Source: Podarcis cretensis (lineage: Eukaryota). From it: a stretch of 64,000 nucleotides of DNA. The DNA is taken from positions 6,200,001 to 6,264,000 of the forward strand of contig OX638159.1 of the NCBI GenBank assembly GCA_951804945.1. Direction: 5' to 3'. Both the position numbers and the translations under genes were made by a program. The notes below the pieces were generated by a model. It made no database searches, was not told the origin of the DNA, and saw nothing but the letters and a program-made list of their open reading frames with translations. This document shows, one piece after another, positions 62,951-64,000 of this stretch (position 1 is the stretch's first letter; each line of letters opens with the position of its first letter).

Positions 62951-64000
62951 GTAGCGAGCAATTCACTCATTCTCAAGTAGTTTTACTATTTGTAAACTGC
63001 CTTGGGTGAGCAATAGGAAAAGCAGGATAGGAAGGCTTTGAGTAAGATTGGCAGCAACATCTAGATGACTACTGGATTTGCATGCCTGTATGCCTGCTGA
63101 TCTTGTGTAGCCCCCTCCAGAGGCAATTTTCAAGGTTCTCAATCCTACACATGGTGGCAGCTGCAGACAATCAGCTGGCTATGAGCAGGCAGTAGACATG
63201 TGGGTGTTCTGAGCAGCTGCCATGCTGTTCTTGAAACTCCACCTCAAGTTTGCTTGTTTGTCGGTTGGTTATTTGAATTTATATACTGCCCTATACCTGG
63301 AGGGGAAGCAAGTCTCCCCCACAAAAAGAGACTTTAAATTTTAAAGACTGATAATGTTATGAAGATAGTAATTCTTTTTAAAATAAAGGTTTTGGTCACA
63401 GGCAGCAAATGGGAAGAGATGGAACAATTTTTGTAAGAGTCTACAAGAGAAGCTGCTTTTGTACGGAAACCTGAGGTACCAAGATGTCAAAATCCAGACC
63501 TTTTGCAGCAGCATCACCCAATTCTATCTTTTGAGATTAGGTTGTGTGCTTTCATGTAATCTTGCCAGTGTTATGGATACACACAATGGATCGTGACTCA
63601 CTAGGATGTGAGATCATTCTCTGGAGTTTACCAAAGCAAATGAATACAGAAATGTTTCTGAAAAACAGACAATAAATCAACTCACACAGCAGTGATTTGT
63701 ACACACCCTGAGCAAAATATAGAGCGGAGCAACAGAGCTAGCAATGGGGGTGGGGAGGGAGAAAAGGGGGGGGGGACACATACCCAAATATCACTTCTGA
63801 CAGGCTCAGTGGTGATGTTCATTCAGAAGAAAGGAAATGTGTTTGCTAATTTTGCTATCTTTTTTATTGTGGGATGAATCTTATCTTGGAGGCAGAGTGG
63901 CAAAGATCTTCAGTTCCACTCAAGTTGCTAGTGGTTTGCAACACACTGAAGTGAGTAATGAGAATAAATACCATATTTTTCGCTCTATAACACGCACCCG

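Noticed and set aside
58824-64000. TLE1 exon 8 (17-nt DREPGT exon) and exon 7
   Set aside because: No matching sequence with splice sites found; presumed to lie beyond the right edge

Overview
Vertebrate (squamate, probably lacertid lizard; inferred from Sauria SINE, Bov-B and lizard-type L1/CR1/L2/MITE content) genomic DNA with three assembly gaps. The right half holds the 3' part of TLE1 (Groucho/transducin-like enhancer of split 1) on the minus strand. Twelve coding exons (9-20 by human numbering; CcN, SP and WD40 domains; 572 codons plus stop if the gap-hidden part is included) run from 58823 down to the TGA at 32497, followed by a ~0.55 kb 3' UTR with AATAAA at 31965-31970. Exon 17 is partly hidden in an N gap, and exons 1-8 lie beyond the window. 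The left ~32 kb has no host gene. It contains an uninterrupted L1 ORF2 3' end, Bov-B, CR1, L2, Sauria SINEs, tRNA-derived SINEs, many Tc1/mariner- and hAT-type MITEs, a ~1.06 kb LTR-like element and several AT-rich blocks that look like conserved enhancers. The most interesting unexplained signals are: (1) a cluster of UGC-marked splice acceptors in TLE1 intron 8, including a frame-preserving 15-nt microexon candidate (PQNTA) and a stop-containing exon candidate; (2) a 357-bp fold-back hairpin in intron 9; (3) oppositely oriented Sauria SINEs bracketing exons 14-15; (4) an RFX/TCF/GATA-rich island in intron 14; (5) a covarying stem-loop shared by Bov-B and the Sauria SINE subfamilies. I found no evidence strong enough to claim a wholly new biological system; these are testable candidates.
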